Shown here piece after piece: positions 53,308 through 64,000 of a DNA stretch of 64,000 nt; within the stretch, counting starts at the first letter, position 1; the number at the start of each line of letters is the position of its first letter. This stretch comes from a virus: the IMG/VR virus record IMGVR_UViG_3300009136_000002, positions 11,156-75,155 of that record, one strand, 5' to 3'. A program made the position numbers and the translations under genes. Below the pieces are notes generated by a model, which had not been told where the DNA came from, did not search any database, and saw nothing but the letters and a program-made list of their open reading frames with translations.

Positions 53308-54420
53308 ATGGCTATCGAAAGAGTAGTCAGTCCCTTCGCCGCTCAGAAAAGGTCGATAAAACGACTAGAGCAAAAGGAGCGGAGGGCCAAACAAGAAGAG
53401 GGCAGAAGGCAAGCAAGGGCAAGAAGGGAAACCGAAAGGTTTGCCATGCTGAAAAGGAGAGAATCAAGGGAACGTGCTGAGGCCGCTGAGAAGCGCCATC
53501 GCCAGGACAAAATGGATAGGTTCAAGGCCGATCTCCTTGAGAGCATCAGGCTGAACAAGCCTAGTGGTATGTTTGCCAGGAAAAGGCCAAGCATAAATAA
53601 AGTCGTTGTTCACACCGGAAAAGAAGGCGTGGATTACGAGCCTTCGATCAATGAAGGACATCTAAGGGATCTGGCAGCTAGAAGTAACGCCTTGAATATG
53701 CTCGTCACAGGCCAAGCCCAGGCAGATGAAGAGGCTAAGGCTGCTCTAGCTCCAGATTACTATCCAGCGGATTACTTTAAAGGCGCGGGCGCGGAGCCTC
53801 AACAGTTTGGTCAGGCGACTATGCCCGATCAGATTACTCCGCCGATGTTCGATCCAGCTCAAGGCATTGCGAGTGGTGAGACTCAGGTTCCACCTATGCA
53901 GGGTCAACTGCCACAGGATCTCGACCTGACCAATCTTTTCCAGGGCCAGGAATACGTTGGCGAAGAGGAGCCGCCAGCACAGATGCAGCATTTGTTTAAG
54001 ATGATTGATATGTTCCAAGCCTTCGAGGGTAAGAGCGCACCAAAGCCAAGCACCACGGAGGAGAAGGTCGCAAACATACGGGCTGCGGGTGGTGGGAACA
54101 CGGAGGTACTGAGAGCCCTTGGCGCTCTGGAGAAACCTGGGGCGGGTGGTGCTGGTGATGAATCGACCAAGCTGATAAATGACATCTTGGCGAAAGCCAA
54201 TCTGCCTCAGCGATCTCAGGAAATCTTGCAGAGTACGAAACAAGGCAGAGCTGGAGGTACTGCTCCCGCTAAACCAAAAGCGACAGACGAAGAGGCCAAC
54301 ATCAAAAGGATCAGAGCCGACTTTGTTGAAAATACAGGTCTTGAGCCCTCGAATATAGAGGTTGAGAACGGCACGATAGTCGTGTATGTCGGCAATCGAA
54401 AATTTGTCGTTAGCCAATAA
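53308..54420 (+). CDS. Putative DNA ejection protein
   Basis: Charged coiled-coil N-terminus, P/Q-rich middle, position. Confidence 0.55.
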   Translation: MAIERVVSPFAAQKRSIKRLEQKERRAKQEEGRRQARARRETERFAMLKRRESRERAEAAEKRHRQDKMDRFKADLLESIRLNKPSGMFARKRPSINKVVVHTGKEGVDYEPSINEGHLRDLAARSNALNMLVTGQAQADEEAKAALAPDYYPADYFKGAGAEPQQFGQATMPDQITPPMFDPAQGIASGETQVPPMQGQLPQDLDLTNLFQGQEYVGEEEPPAQMQHLFKMIDMFQAFEGKSAPKPSTTEEKVANIRAAGGGNTEVLRALGALEKPGAGGAGDESTKLINDILAKANLPQRSQEILQSTKQGRAGGTAPAKPKATDEEANIKRIRADFVENTGLEPSNIEVENGTIVVYVGNRKFVVSQ

Positions 54421-54429
54421 GGAAACAAT

Positions 54430-57400
54430 ATGGCGAGACTAACATTCAGGGAAATAAAGCCGCTCAAATTCAAGGAGCTACCGCCCGAAACAGGTGCGGT
54501 AGATGATCTTGGAGTTGCAGACTTGCCTGGACTCGATTTTGCTCCGGCTGCTCCGGCTGCTCCCCCCCCTCAACCGTCATTCGGAGCAACGGCTGTCCAG
54601 AGAGCTGGTAGGCTGGATGAAATATCTCCCCCTGTTCAACCACCTACACCTATGTCATTCGGAGCAACGGCCATTCAGAGAGCTGCAAGAATAGATGAGC
54701 TAACGAGGGCTGAGGAGCAACCCGCCGCGAGACAAAAGGGTCGTGGCTACCTGGGGCCACTAAAGCGTCCTGATGGTCGTATCTCTACTGAGCTATCTAT
54801 TGGTGTCAATATGGATGGCGAGGAGACTGAGATCCCCACACTCGTCCCTGGATTAACCCAGGAAGAAATAGATCTACTCCTCAATATCAACGAAGGAGAA
54901 GCAAAAAAGATTCCTCAGTCGATTATAGATAAAGCAATCGACCACGCACGGAAAAGAAAGTCTGCCGGAAAGAATTTCTTCGCTCAAAGGGAAGATTTTA
55001 AACCCCCTGACATTGAAGAACTCATGGGCGTTAAGCCGAACTTCGATGTCACCCGTACCCTTTCAGACATTCCAGCCATGCCTGATATTTATGACGAGCC
55101 CGAAGGCTTGGCTGATCTAGCTCATACCGTTCAAGGCGTGGGTCAATTCGGAGCGACATTTGGAAAGGACGTTCTTAAAGAGTTTAAAGATGTAGGCAAC
55201 CTTAGCGGAGCTGCAGTTAATCAAGGGTTGGCACATTTCTCGCGCAACATGGATTCCATTGTTGAAATGTTCACGCAAGCCTACAACATGATTGTGGAAC
55301 CAATGGGCCTAGATCCCATAGAGAGGAATGAAGTATTCAAAACCGCTGCAGAGACTTACGAAAAGGGTGCGAAATGGTGGAAAGATAGAGTCAAAGATCC
55401 GTCCCTTCTTGCAGAAATACAGGGAACTTTACTCGGTGGCTCGATCCCTGCCATTGGTGAATTCATACTTGATGTACCCTACTTCATTCTCCTGGGACTG
55501 TCTAAGGGCGGTGTGAAAGAAGGCCTCAAGATGGGCCTTGAGCGTTTCATCTTAGGCCAGATTTTGCACGGCGCAGGATTTCTAACAATGGGGCCAAGAG
55601 TCGCCGCAACGGGTAGCATTGGCGCTCTCCAGGCTGCTGCTGCTGGTGGAACGAAAGAAGATATAGTTAAGGGCGCAGCGGTCATGGGCGCTCTCGGCGC
55701 AACTATGGGGCCAGGGCGTGTCGGCCTAAGAGAGGCATTGAGGGAAGTACCTTTCGGAGTGATGGAGGATGCCACAGCACTACACGATTTCGTTTACGAG
55801 AGAGTCCGTCCCATCATAGAAAACACAACAGAACTAGGGCGTGTAGACGCAGACGCAATATCGGAATGGTATTCCACCAAGCTGTCTCGGCTGGACGCTA
55901 TCCTAAGAGATCCCAATGGCCGACCTGTAGGAGAGTTGCGGGCTGCAGCCGATAATTTTAAGGCAATAACCGGAACACAACACCCGCTCGATCCCGATCT
56001 AACCGGACACGATCCGCTTAGGCAGATCCCCGAAGAAGCGGGAAGATTTCCGCAACAGCCACGCATTTTCTCTAAGCCATTTAAGTTTATGGAAGTTGGT
56101 CAGACCACGCCTGTAGAGCCAGCGCCAGAAGGCGCACCGCCTCCTGGCGAAGGCTTTGTCATGGTCGAGCCGGAGCCTACCCCACTACCCAAAGTAGGTG
56201 AGCGGCCTACCGAAGTTTCACAGCCAGAAAGTCCTGTTGTGGCTAAGGCGGGTGAACCCTTTAAGACTGAGCGTGGCGCTGAGGCAAATATACCCAAGGC
56301 TCGAAAGGGTTATCCACCGATCAAGGATTGGGAAGTTGTTCCAGTTGAGGGTGGTTTTGGTTTACTGCCGCGCCATGCCGTACCGTGGAAAATGACCGTT
56401 GAGGAGTACACAGAAAGATTTTATCTCCAGGGCAGACGCTTTGAAGATATAGCTGATGAAGAGTTTGAAGGCATCCTCAATGAGAGTCCAGGGATGAGCG
56501 ATTTCTTTGATCCCAAGACCACTAACTACAAGCTGGCAGTACGTCGATACCTTGATGATCGAATCGAGCTGCAACGAGAATTTGGTGGGATACTCCGCAA
56601 GGAACACCCTTTCGAGAAGAGGAAAGATGGTACGCCAAGAATGCAAACCATCACGATGAAGCACTACAGAGAGGTAGCCAAGGCGATCAAGGCTGGTCTG
56701 CCTGTTCCGCCCGAAGTCACAGATCCCTATCCAGCCTTGCAGGGCAAGCTCGTTCCCGAAGGTGTAATTGCGCCTGATGCTGAGGAGCTAGACGTAGGTG
56801 AAATAGCTGAAATCATCCCTGGATTACTTGCAGATGGTAACGCAACAGCACTAGGCGACATTATCGACCTACCCCCACGCTATCCGGAGCCGATCATAGT
56901 AGATCCAACTACCATCCGTACCGGATCTATGAATATCGCCAACTCTTTACTCGTGCAGGACTTTTATGAAGATGCCGGATTTGTAAAAGAAAAAGAGGAT
57001 ATGAATGCAGTTGGAGATATTGATATTACATATAAATGGCCTACTGAGCCAGAGGCAGCACCATTCCCATTCAAGGCGGGTGACACCGTGCAAACGCCTA
57101 GTGGTGAAGGCAAAATCCTTAGTGTTGGTGAGGAGAAAGCTAGGGTTGAACTCATTGACGGAACGACGGAGGCTGTTACGCTTGAGGATATATCCACGCC
57201 TATTGCACGAGAGGAGCCCAAATTCGCCGCTGAGGAGCCCGAACTTGAAATAGAGCCCGTGGCTCCTGTCGATGAAGAAGCTCCTGTAGAGGAAGCTCCT
57301 TTGGCTGCTCCCGTTGGGTTTGACAGCAAGGGTAAAGCTCTTAGGCCTGGGGATGCTGTCAGGATGGAGGGAAGGTATCCTGGTGAGCGCCTGGAGGTTG

Positions 57401-60400
57401 TGGGTAGGCATCCTTCTCGTAAGGACATAATGTATGTCAGAAAGGAAGGCCAGAAGCGAAAGTATAACGCCCATTCTAAAGAGCTTGTCAAGATTATACC
57501 CAAGATGGTGAAGCCCGCTCGTGGGCCGCAAAAAACATGGAAAACTTTAGTCGGATGGTTCCGGCTGAATCCGATTTGGGATAAGACGCTCCCAGGCGAA
57601 ACGCGTAGATTTCACGTTAAAGAATCCGGAATACCAGGACTTGTGAGCGAAAAACATGGATTGCCGTGGGATGAGCTGGAGTTGAAGGCGAAAGAAGATG
57701 GGATCTTGACCAAAGGACAGGATTGGCAGGATCTCTATCAAATGTTGGTGGATGAAGTAGGCAGATTGAATGCAGGGGAGAAAGGCCGCCCAATCGGTAC
57801 TGTAAACATAACTTCCCAAGAAAAGCAGATGGAATTGGAGTTAGAGGCAGATGAAGCGGAATGGATAGCGGAGCAAGCAACTAAGGTTGAAACCGTTTCT
57901 ACTAATACCTTGGATCTGGAGGTAGGTGACAGGGTTAATATGCCAACGCCCGAAGGCGATAGCGAGTGGTGGGGCGTAACGGACAGACTTGAGGATGGCA
58001 GTAAATGGATCTTGAAAAATAATGATGGCAAAGAGAAAACATTGCTGCTCTTTGATTGGATAGAAGTAGTAGGCGGTGAGGGCTATGGAGTAGATAGGCA
58101 AGCCCTTCGCCCGCGTCCAGGCCGGAAATCATTGACCATCGACGACGATCAAATAATCCCCTCGCTAAACAGCCTGGAAGCAAAGCTCATCAAAATTATG
58201 AGTGACGATAAGGAGCTGAACCATGCCATAGTCAAGGTCGATGGAGATCAGTCCAAAATCCTAGACAAAGAACTGTGGCTCAGTAAGGAATCGCAGCTAA
58301 GATACGGACTAGGCAGTAAGTACGACAAGATCAAATGGTCTATCGCATTGGTGAAAGGGGATTCTACCGGAAACCGTGTGTACGACATTCAAAGACCATA
58401 CGGGTATCTCAGTTTCGATCAAGAGAACAACACACTCAGCCTTTTCCCCACCTATGAGGAGCTTATAGACCCAAGCGTGGTGATACAGGTAATGCAAGAT
58501 GTGGACAAAGAACGAATAACCAAAACCACAATAATGAAGGACGTTCTCAACCAACAACCCAACAGGACAATTCCAAACGAGCTTTTACAAAATGCTTTTG
58601 ATGCCATGCCCGACGATAGGCCTTGGGATCAAAAGGTTGTTAAATACAGGGTGGATGGTCGTTACATTGATGGTCAGCAAGCAACGGTTGTGAACTTTGA
58701 AGATAACGGCTGGGGTATGTCGGGCGATATTTTCGCCTACAAATACTTAAAAATTGGAGCCAAGGGCAAGGAGAGTGATGTAGCAATGGGCGGTTTCGGG
58801 AAGGCAAACGCTGTCCTTCTCAATTATCCGAACAGTATAAAAGTAGTTACAACTGCCTGGGTGCGTGAGAATACCAAATTACCAAAAGATGATCCTGCAC
58901 GTTACAGGCGAGGGCAGACAAAGAAGGGTAAGGTACACAAAGATGCCATTAAAATGCAAGTTTCGTTAGATGTGACCCAACAACAGTTGTACGATAGCCT
59001 AGCCGAAAAAGCGTCAATGCCTATGAGGATAGATGAGGTAGATCGTGATACACCTACAGGCACAAAATATGAGGCGATCTATACCGACACGGATGAGAAT
59101 GGCTATCTTAAAGTCAGGGCCGATGAACTGGAAGAGGGATTCGGCAAGTATATCCAAACTCTTCGCACCCAATCAGTAGTCGTACAAGAGGGAACGGCTG
59201 GAGATCCCGACAACATCGTCCATACTAAAGACTTCAACGATCTATTGCCAGAGGAGCTGAAAGCCCCTAAGAAAACCATCAAGGTTCTTGGCTCAGACGT
59301 AGAGATATATTTTGTAAACACGGGGGATTACCCCAATTATCCCGTTTTTGGCAAATACCGAATCGAACAACATTTCTACAACAAAGGATTGCCACTCCAG
59401 ATCCCTACTGATAATATCGGAGGCGTATCCAGAGTGCCATTCAAGCCTGACTTCAAGCTCTATGTGAATTGGAAAAAAACACCGAAAGTAGAGCATGACG
59501 ATTATCCATTTATCAAGAATAGAACGGAGGTACTAAATCAGGCTGGGAACAAGATTGCTGTAGAAACAAACAAGCAAATTAAAATATGGGTTGATGAATA
59601 CATGGCGGGTCAGCAAGAGGACTTCGACCAAGCCATGCAGCAATCAGTCGAGTTGGAGGGAGTTACTGTATTCCTGCCGTATAGAGATCCGGCAGATGTG
59701 AAAACTGCTAGAAACGAAGTTATGAAGCACAAGAAAATGTTTAATGACTTCGCTAAAGTTGCTAACTCCTTCAATAAGTTTTTAGAGGAAGTCGGACTTC
59801 CGACGGTAAACTTTGTAATCACAATAGATCCCAGGCTGCACGGTTTTAAGACTAATCCAGACGTTACGGAACAGGAGATATATGCGATAAATTGGTTCTC
59901 CATGACCAAAGAATATACGCAGAAGGAGAGGTACAGAAATGCTGTGGCAGCAGGGGAAGATCCACTCTCCCTCAAGGGCAGAAATGTTGCCACCACTAAA
60001 CTCCATGAATACACTCACAAATTTGAGAAGGGTCACGATAAAGATTATGCCGGAACATTTGATGAACTCTTAACAATCTTTGATCCTTATAGGTTATCAT
60101 TAGTAGCGGAGGAAGCGCATGACATCTATAAGCAGTACGACAAAAGAATTGAGAGCCTTGAAGAAACTTTCCAAGAACTTGGAAAGGGGGGGCTTCTCAT
60201 TGACACAGGCTCTAGCCGGAATCTCGACGCGGAACATGAATCCGGAACAATTAAGGGCTCATCAGCGACGAGTCCGGTTGTGGGATCATTCGCAGCGTCA
60301 AGAATCCAATACGACCTCTTCGGAGAACACCAAAAAATTGAGGCTGGTGAAGAAGAAGTCCCGATAAATCCAGAGGACTTTCTCAAGAGATCATTCCCCG

Positions 60401-63400
60401 ATGCAAGCCCAGCCCAAATCAAGGCGATGCTGGCAGATCCTAAGCTGCGTAAGCAAGTAGCCAAGGGAAATATCAGCACCGAACTAGCCGATCAAACCGC
60501 CAAGAAATACAACCTAGCGAGACAATTTACACAGCGAGAAATGTTCCCAGGTGAGGCCAAGGGCCAGGGGGATCTCTTTGATCTCAGTCGCAAGGAGGTA
60601 GGCGAGGATCTGGACGACTATGCCGAAGGGCTCGGCCCTGAAGGTGGATCTTTAGTATTTAGAGGAGAACCAGGGAAGGCAGAAGGAAAGCCCTTTGAGT
60701 CTGCAGAGGAAGATGTTCAAGAAAGAGTAGAAACTTCACGCGGGAAAAAAATCGAAACACTAGCGGAGGCCTTCGAGAGGAAAAAGACGGACTTGCTAAA
60801 CAAGGCTTTCCGTGAGTTTCAACACCTACCAAAGAACAAGGAATTCGCGGAGCTAAGGAATGCCTTGCTCAAGTTGCAGAAACAAAAGGGTATTACCTCT
60901 TTGAAAATGTCGCAGAGACTCAAAGAGGTAACAAAGGATCTGAACAAAACTGATGAAACAGATTTCGCATGGAAAGTAATCCTCGACGATCTCATGGAAG
61001 AGGTTGCCCTGCAAAGGGAGCGTGGCACTCCAGAGGATGAGATAGGCTTGCCCTATGGCTACACGCCGGAAACCTTAGAAGTCGATCACATCGCTCTCAA
61101 TAGGCACATAGATGGCAATGCTGAGATCAGCGCAGCTCTCCAGCGACGAAAGGATCTATGGAACAATCTCCGCTCAGATTATACCAGGGCAATGAAGATT
61201 ATAGGGTTTGATGTCAGCAAACACCTTACTCGTGATTTCTATTTCCGGCATCAAGTCCTGCATTATGTCAACGTCATGGGCCTCTTCGGATCAGGTGAGA
61301 GGCTAAGAACTCCCAGCTATCGGAGTCATTTAAGGCCGCGAACAGGCGCTTCTCCAGACATCAATGCAGACTATCTCCAGGCTGAGAGTGAAGTCGTCGC
61401 GCAGATGCTCTATGACATCGAGATCGCCAGGACAATCGACTCTGTTAATAGGCACTACAACATTCAGGATGAACTCAAAGGACGAGCATTAGACATCAAC
61501 GACACGAAGATGCTCCAATTCTTTCAGGAGTTGGTTAGTACGCTGGAAGTCCCGCCCGACAAGGAGCCTCCGACAGCCGAAGATTTATACAAGCAAGTCC
61601 TCAATAAGAAGATGGCTATTGGTTTCGACAGGCTCGGCCAACACGCTGCGCTGGGCGAATTGCCAGTAGGTAAAGAGTATCAATGGGAGTGGTTGACCAT
61701 TGAGCTGGCTGATAACTGGCTCGAAAACAAGGCAATTAAGAAAGAACTCGGCAAGGATTGGACTAACGCAGATCGAGTGGTGCTAGGCAACAAGGCTGCA
61801 GATGCGCTAATAAAGTACGCAGCATGGGTACTCAAGGAGCATGGTGGTGAGCCTGGATCTGGCGCAGCCGCTACGATTTTCAAGGGTATGAATGAGAAGC
61901 GAAAGACCATTCAGGAAACCCTTGGGAAAGAGTATCTTGAGTGGCGCGATATGATTCCAGAAGGCTACACAACATGGCAACCGTGGGAAGGGACGACCTT
62001 CTTCATGGCCCATTCGGTTCCTGAAACCATAGCCAAACAGTTGCTTGAAGGTGAGCTAGAAAAGATAGGCATTACCAAGGATGATTTACGCAAGGCACTC
62101 ACTCGCGGAGGCCGGAGGCGAGAGTATGTTGTGAAGCAAGAGGTAGCCGACACCCTGAATGAACTCTCGACTCCCAGGATGAGGGGTTCGCTCGGAAATG
62201 TCCACGCCTATGCGATCAAGCGATGGAAAATATGGCAGCTTGTTTCACCTAGACGATTTGGCAAGTATAACTTCCGGAACCTCACAGGTGATGCCGAAGC
62301 TGCGTACCTCGGAAGTCCAGCCATATTTAAACACCTAAAGATTTCGTTCAATGAACTGTATCAGGTCTTTGTTGAAGGCAAAGATCCCGCAGAGGTGAGT
62401 GCGGAACTGAATGATTGGCTGGAACGTGGTGGGTGGGGCGCAACCCTGCAAGCTCAAGAAATGGGTGAGTTTGACTTTACTAAATCATTCCTCAAAAGAC
62501 ATGAGAAAACAGGGGTCATGGGTATCCCAGCTAAGGCGTGGGATGCCTATTGGAAAACTGCCAGGATCTCAACCGACTTCCGCGAGGCACTACTGCGCTA
62601 TGCTGCATACAGAGAAGCCATGCGTATGATGGAGGCCTCGCCGGACGGTATGCCTACGGAGTATTGGGCCTCGATACGGGACGAGATCCAGGGGCTCTCA
62701 GATATGAGGGATCGTGCTTACTTCATGTCTAATGACTTGCTTGGAGCCTATGATCGAGTGTCGGCATTGGGCCAAGAGCTACGCGAAAGATGGTTCCCCT
62801 TCTGGTCTTGGAAAGCTGTCAACTTTGTGAGATACGTCCGGCTCTTCCAAAATGCTGCACATGATGGTGAGTTTACCAAGAAACTTGGCTACAAAGCTGC
62901 TGGCACAGCCGCGAAATCACCTTTTATTGCCATGAGGATCGGCAAGATGATTCTCAAGATGCTTGCCCTGCAAGCCGCTACGTTTGCCATTGCCAATACT
63001 TTCTTTCCAAGAGAAGAGGATGATCTTCCGGAATCCATAAAGGGCAGACCTCATCTAACCTTTGGTAGGGACTCTGAGGGTAACGTCCAATACTTCCCAC
63101 GGATCGGCGCTACCTCTGACAACCTTGAGTGGCTGGGGCTGGATGCCGCTCCCTACTACATCAATCAATTTATGAGAGGCAGAATGACGCTACCGGAGAT
63201 CGCCAAAGACATGGCTAAGTCTCCATTCAATGTAGTTATCCAGGGCGGCATTCCTTTTATAAAATTAGGGGCTGAACTCCTTACTAGGCGGGCTCTTTTC
63301 CCTGATGCCTTTAAGCCAAGGACAGTCAGGGATCGCGGCTTGCATTTATTCCGCGCCTTCGGTCTGGAAAATGAATACCTGGCTATTACTGGTAAACCCT

Positions 63401-63834
63401 CCAGGCCATACTATAAGTCCGTGAAAGGAACATTGATTTACACAATAGATCCATTCCAGGCTGGCTACCGTGACACTATGGATCAAAAGACTCGGTTTAT
63501 GAGCAAGATCGGAAAGTTGAGCGAGGGCTTTCATCTAACAGATCGCGGCAATGCTCTTTACCATGCAAGGCTGGCGATGCGCTACAATGACTACGATGCG
63601 ACCATAAAATACATGGCCGAATATCTCAATTTCGGTGGGACTCTGAGAGGATTGAAGCAATCTCTGAATAATATGCACCCGCTGTCCGGTTTGAATGCTG
63701 CAGAGAAGGTGGAATTCGTTGCTAGTCTTGATGCTGAGGGGTTGGCTAAGTTTGTTCGCGCTGTGAGATATTGGGAAGAGTTAGTTACAGTAGCGCCGCC
63801 GGAGGAGAAAAGAGCATTGCGACTTCTCAAGTAG
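54430..63834 (+). CDS. Large polyvalent/ejection protein (3134 aa) with GHKL ATPase and zincin-like HExxH
   Basis: ELLQNAFDA (~58580), EDNGWGM (~58700), GGFGKA (~58790), TGT (~59056); HEYTH (60004-60018); helical C-terminal third with WFPFWSW. Confidence 0.85.
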   Translation: MARLTFREIKPLKFKELPPETGAVDDLGVADLPGLDFAPAAPAAPPPQPSFGATAVQRAGRLDEISPPVQPPTPMSFGATAIQRAARIDELTRAEEQPAARQKGRGYLGPLKRPDGRISTELSIGVNMDGEETEIPTLVPGLTQEEIDLLLNINEGEAKKIPQSIIDKAIDHARKRKSAGKNFFAQREDFKPPDIEELMGVKPNFDVTRTLSDIPAMPDIYDEPEGLADLAHTVQGVGQFGATFGKDVLKEFKDVGNLSGAAVNQGLAHFSRNMDSIVEMFTQAYNMIVEPMGLDPIERNEVFKTAAETYEKGAKWWKDRVKDPSLLAEIQGTLLGGSIPAIGEFILDVPYFILLGLSKGGVKEGLKMGLERFILGQILHGAGFLTMGPRVAATGSIGALQAAAAGGTKEDIVKGAAVMGALGATMGPGRVGLREALREVPFGVMEDATALHDFVYERVRPIIENTTELGRVDADAISEWYSTKLSRLDAILRDPNGRPVGELRAAADNFKAITGTQHPLDPDLTGHDPLRQIPEEAGRFPQQPRIFSKPFKFMEVGQTTPVEPAPEGAPPPGEGFVMVEPEPTPLPKVGERPTEVSQPESPVVAKAGEPFKTERGAEANIPKARKGYPPIKDWEVVPVEGGFGLLPRHAVPWKMTVEEYTERFYLQGRRFEDIADEEFEGILNESPGMSDFFDPKTTNYKLAVRRYLDDRIELQREFGGILRKEHPFEKRKDGTPRMQTITMKHYREVAKAIKAGLPVPPEVTDPYPALQGKLVPEGVIAPDAEELDVGEIAEIIPGLLADGNATALGDIIDLPPRYPEPIIVDPTTIRTGSMNIANSLLVQDFYEDAGFVKEKEDMNAVGDIDITYKWPTEPEAAPFPFKAGDTVQTPSGEGKILSVGEEKARVELIDGTTEAVTLEDISTPIAREEPKFAAEEPELEIEPVAPVDEEAPVEEAPLAAPVGFDSKGKALRPGDAVRMEGRYPGERLEVVGRHPSRKDIMYVRKEGQKRKYNAHSKELVKIIPKMVKPARGPQKTWKTLVGWFRLNPIWDKTLPGETRRFHVKESGIPGLVSEKHGLPWDELELKAKEDGILTKGQDWQDLYQMLVDEVGRLNAGEKGRPIGTVNITSQEKQMELELEADEAEWIAEQATKVETVSTNTLDLEVGDRVNMPTPEGDSEWWGVTDRLEDGSKWILKNNDGKEKTLLLFDWIEVVGGEGYGVDRQALRPRPGRKSLTIDDDQIIPSLNSLEAKLIKIMSDDKELNHAIVKVDGDQSKILDKELWLSKESQLRYGLGSKYDKIKWSIALVKGDSTGNRVYDIQRPYGYLSFDQENNTLSLFPTYEELIDPSVVIQVMQDVDKERITKTTIMKDVLNQQPNRTIPNELLQNAFDAMPDDRPWDQKVVKYRVDGRYIDGQQATVVNFEDNGWGMSGDIFAYKYLKIGAKGKESDVAMGGFGKANAVLLNYPNSIKVVTTAWVRENTKLPKDDPARYRRGQTKKGKVHKDAIKMQVSLDVTQQQLYDSLAEKASMPMRIDEVDRDTPTGTKYEAIYTDTDENGYLKVRADELEEGFGKYIQTLRTQSVVVQEGTAGDPDNIVHTKDFNDLLPEELKAPKKTIKVLGSDVEIYFVNTGDYPNYPVFGKYRIEQHFYNKGLPLQIPTDNIGGVSRVPFKPDFKLYVNWKKTPKVEHDDYPFIKNRTEVLNQAGNKIAVETNKQIKIWVDEYMAGQQEDFDQAMQQSVELEGVTVFLPYRDPADVKTARNEVMKHKKMFNDFAKVANSFNKFLEEVGLPTVNFVITIDPRLHGFKTNPDVTEQEIYAINWFSMTKEYTQKERYRNAVAAGEDPLSLKGRNVATTKLHEYTHKFEKGHDKDYAGTFDELLTIFDPYRLSLVAEEAHDIYKQYDKRIESLEETFQELGKGGLLIDTGSSRNLDAEHESGTIKGSSATSPVVGSFAASRIQYDLFGEHQKIEAGEEEVPINPEDFLKRSFPDASPAQIKAMLADPKLRKQVAKGNISTELADQTAKKYNLARQFTQREMFPGEAKGQGDLFDLSRKEVGEDLDDYAEGLGPEGGSLVFRGEPGKAEGKPFESAEEDVQERVETSRGKKIETLAEAFERKKTDLLNKAFREFQHLPKNKEFAELRNALLKLQKQKGITSLKMSQRLKEVTKDLNKTDETDFAWKVILDDLMEEVALQRERGTPEDEIGLPYGYTPETLEVDHIALNRHIDGNAEISAALQRRKDLWNNLRSDYTRAMKIIGFDVSKHLTRDFYFRHQVLHYVNVMGLFGSGERLRTPSYRSHLRPRTGASPDINADYLQAESEVVAQMLYDIEIARTIDSVNRHYNIQDELKGRALDINDTKMLQFFQELVSTLEVPPDKEPPTAEDLYKQVLNKKMAIGFDRLGQHAALGELPVGKEYQWEWLTIELADNWLENKAIKKELGKDWTNADRVVLGNKAADALIKYAAWVLKEHGGEPGSGAAATIFKGMNEKRKTIQETLGKEYLEWRDMIPEGYTTWQPWEGTTFFMAHSVPETIAKQLLEGELEKIGITKDDLRKALTRGGRRREYVVKQEVADTLNELSTPRMRGSLGNVHAYAIKRWKIWQLVSPRRFGKYNFRNLTGDAEAAYLGSPAIFKHLKISFNELYQVFVEGKDPAEVSAELNDWLERGGWGATLQAQEMGEFDFTKSFLKRHEKTGVMGIPAKAWDAYWKTARISTDFREALLRYAAYREAMRMMEASPDGMPTEYWASIRDEIQGLSDMRDRAYFMSNDLLGAYDRVSALGQELRERWFPFWSWKAVNFVRYVRLFQNAAHDGEFTKKLGYKAAGTAAKSPFIAMRIGKMILKMLALQAATFAIANTFFPREEDDLPESIKGRPHLTFGRDSEGNVQYFPRIGATSDNLEWLGLDAAPYYINQFMRGRMTLPEIAKDMAKSPFNVVIQGGIPFIKLGAELLTRRALFPDAFKPRTVRDRGLHLFRAFGLENEYLAITGKPSRPYYKSVKGTLIYTIDPFQAGYRDTMDQKTRFMSKIGKLSEGFHLTDRGNALYHARLAMRYNDYDATIKYMAEYLNFGGTLRGLKQSLNNMHPLSGLNAAEKVEFVASLDAEGLAKFVRAVRYWEELVTVAPPEEKRALRLLK

Positions 63835-63842
63835 GAGAGCGA

Positions 63843-64000
63843 ATGACTGATACCTGTCCACCGGAATGCAGGGTTAAAATAAATGGCATTAACGAAAACA
63901 TAAGCGAGTTGAAGGAGACAGACAAGAAACAATGGGAAGTATTTGACCAAAAAATACATGATGTGGAGGCGCTAGTGTTTGATAGGGTCAAATCCAAAAC
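63843..64000 (+). CDS. Small coiled-coil late protein, truncated by the window end
   Basis: AGGAG SD; MTDTCPPECRVKINGINENISELKETDKKQWEVFD...; the position suggests the start of the lysis module. Confidence 0.5.
   Translation, partial: MTDTCPPECRVKINGINENISELKETDKKQWEVFDQKIHDVEALVFDRVKSK

Noticed and set aside
54430-63834. Virion RNA polymerase (N4- or crAss-like)
   Set aside because: I found no convincing DxDGD or T7-type polymerase motifs by eye; a remote fold cannot be excluded without profile searches.

Overview
This window is most of a tailed dsDNA phage genome with podovirus-like organisation. It opens in the 3' end of a holin-like gene and ends in another small late gene, so it looks like a near-complete, circularly permuted genome. 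No integrase, CI repressor, DNA polymerase or helicase is visible. Layout: (1) 208-8181, a leftward operon with YqaJ exonuclease, RecT, a Ro60/Rsr (TROVE-vWA) gene, a cupin and a ubiquitin-like (C-terminal GG) gene pair. (2) 8182-12375, a control region with DnaA-box-like motifs, a Cro-like HTH, a replication initiator and regulators. (3) 12375-17864, a leftward early cluster of small, often Cys-rich genes that share a start cassette. (4) About 17940-18460, a non-coding candidate terminus. (5) 18462-37316, a 3504-aa poly-serine multidomain protein followed by a methyltransferase, two GT9-like and two GT8-like glycosyltransferases and WecB. (6) 37316-63834, terminase, portal, scaffold, capsid, tail and ejection genes, ending in a 3134-aa polyvalent protein with GHKL ATPase and HExxH motifs. 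The strongest novelty is a tandem array of five Y-RNA-like units between recT and rsr. One is a complete tRNA cloverleaf with a Ro-binding hairpin inserted in its anticodon stem, and one displays a perfect Ser(GCU) anticodon stem-loop. A sixth Ro-site-like hairpin covers the rsr ribosome-binding site. The second strongest is an apparent phage serine-rich glycoprotein system. All calls come from reading motifs by eye; no database searches or folding programs were run.
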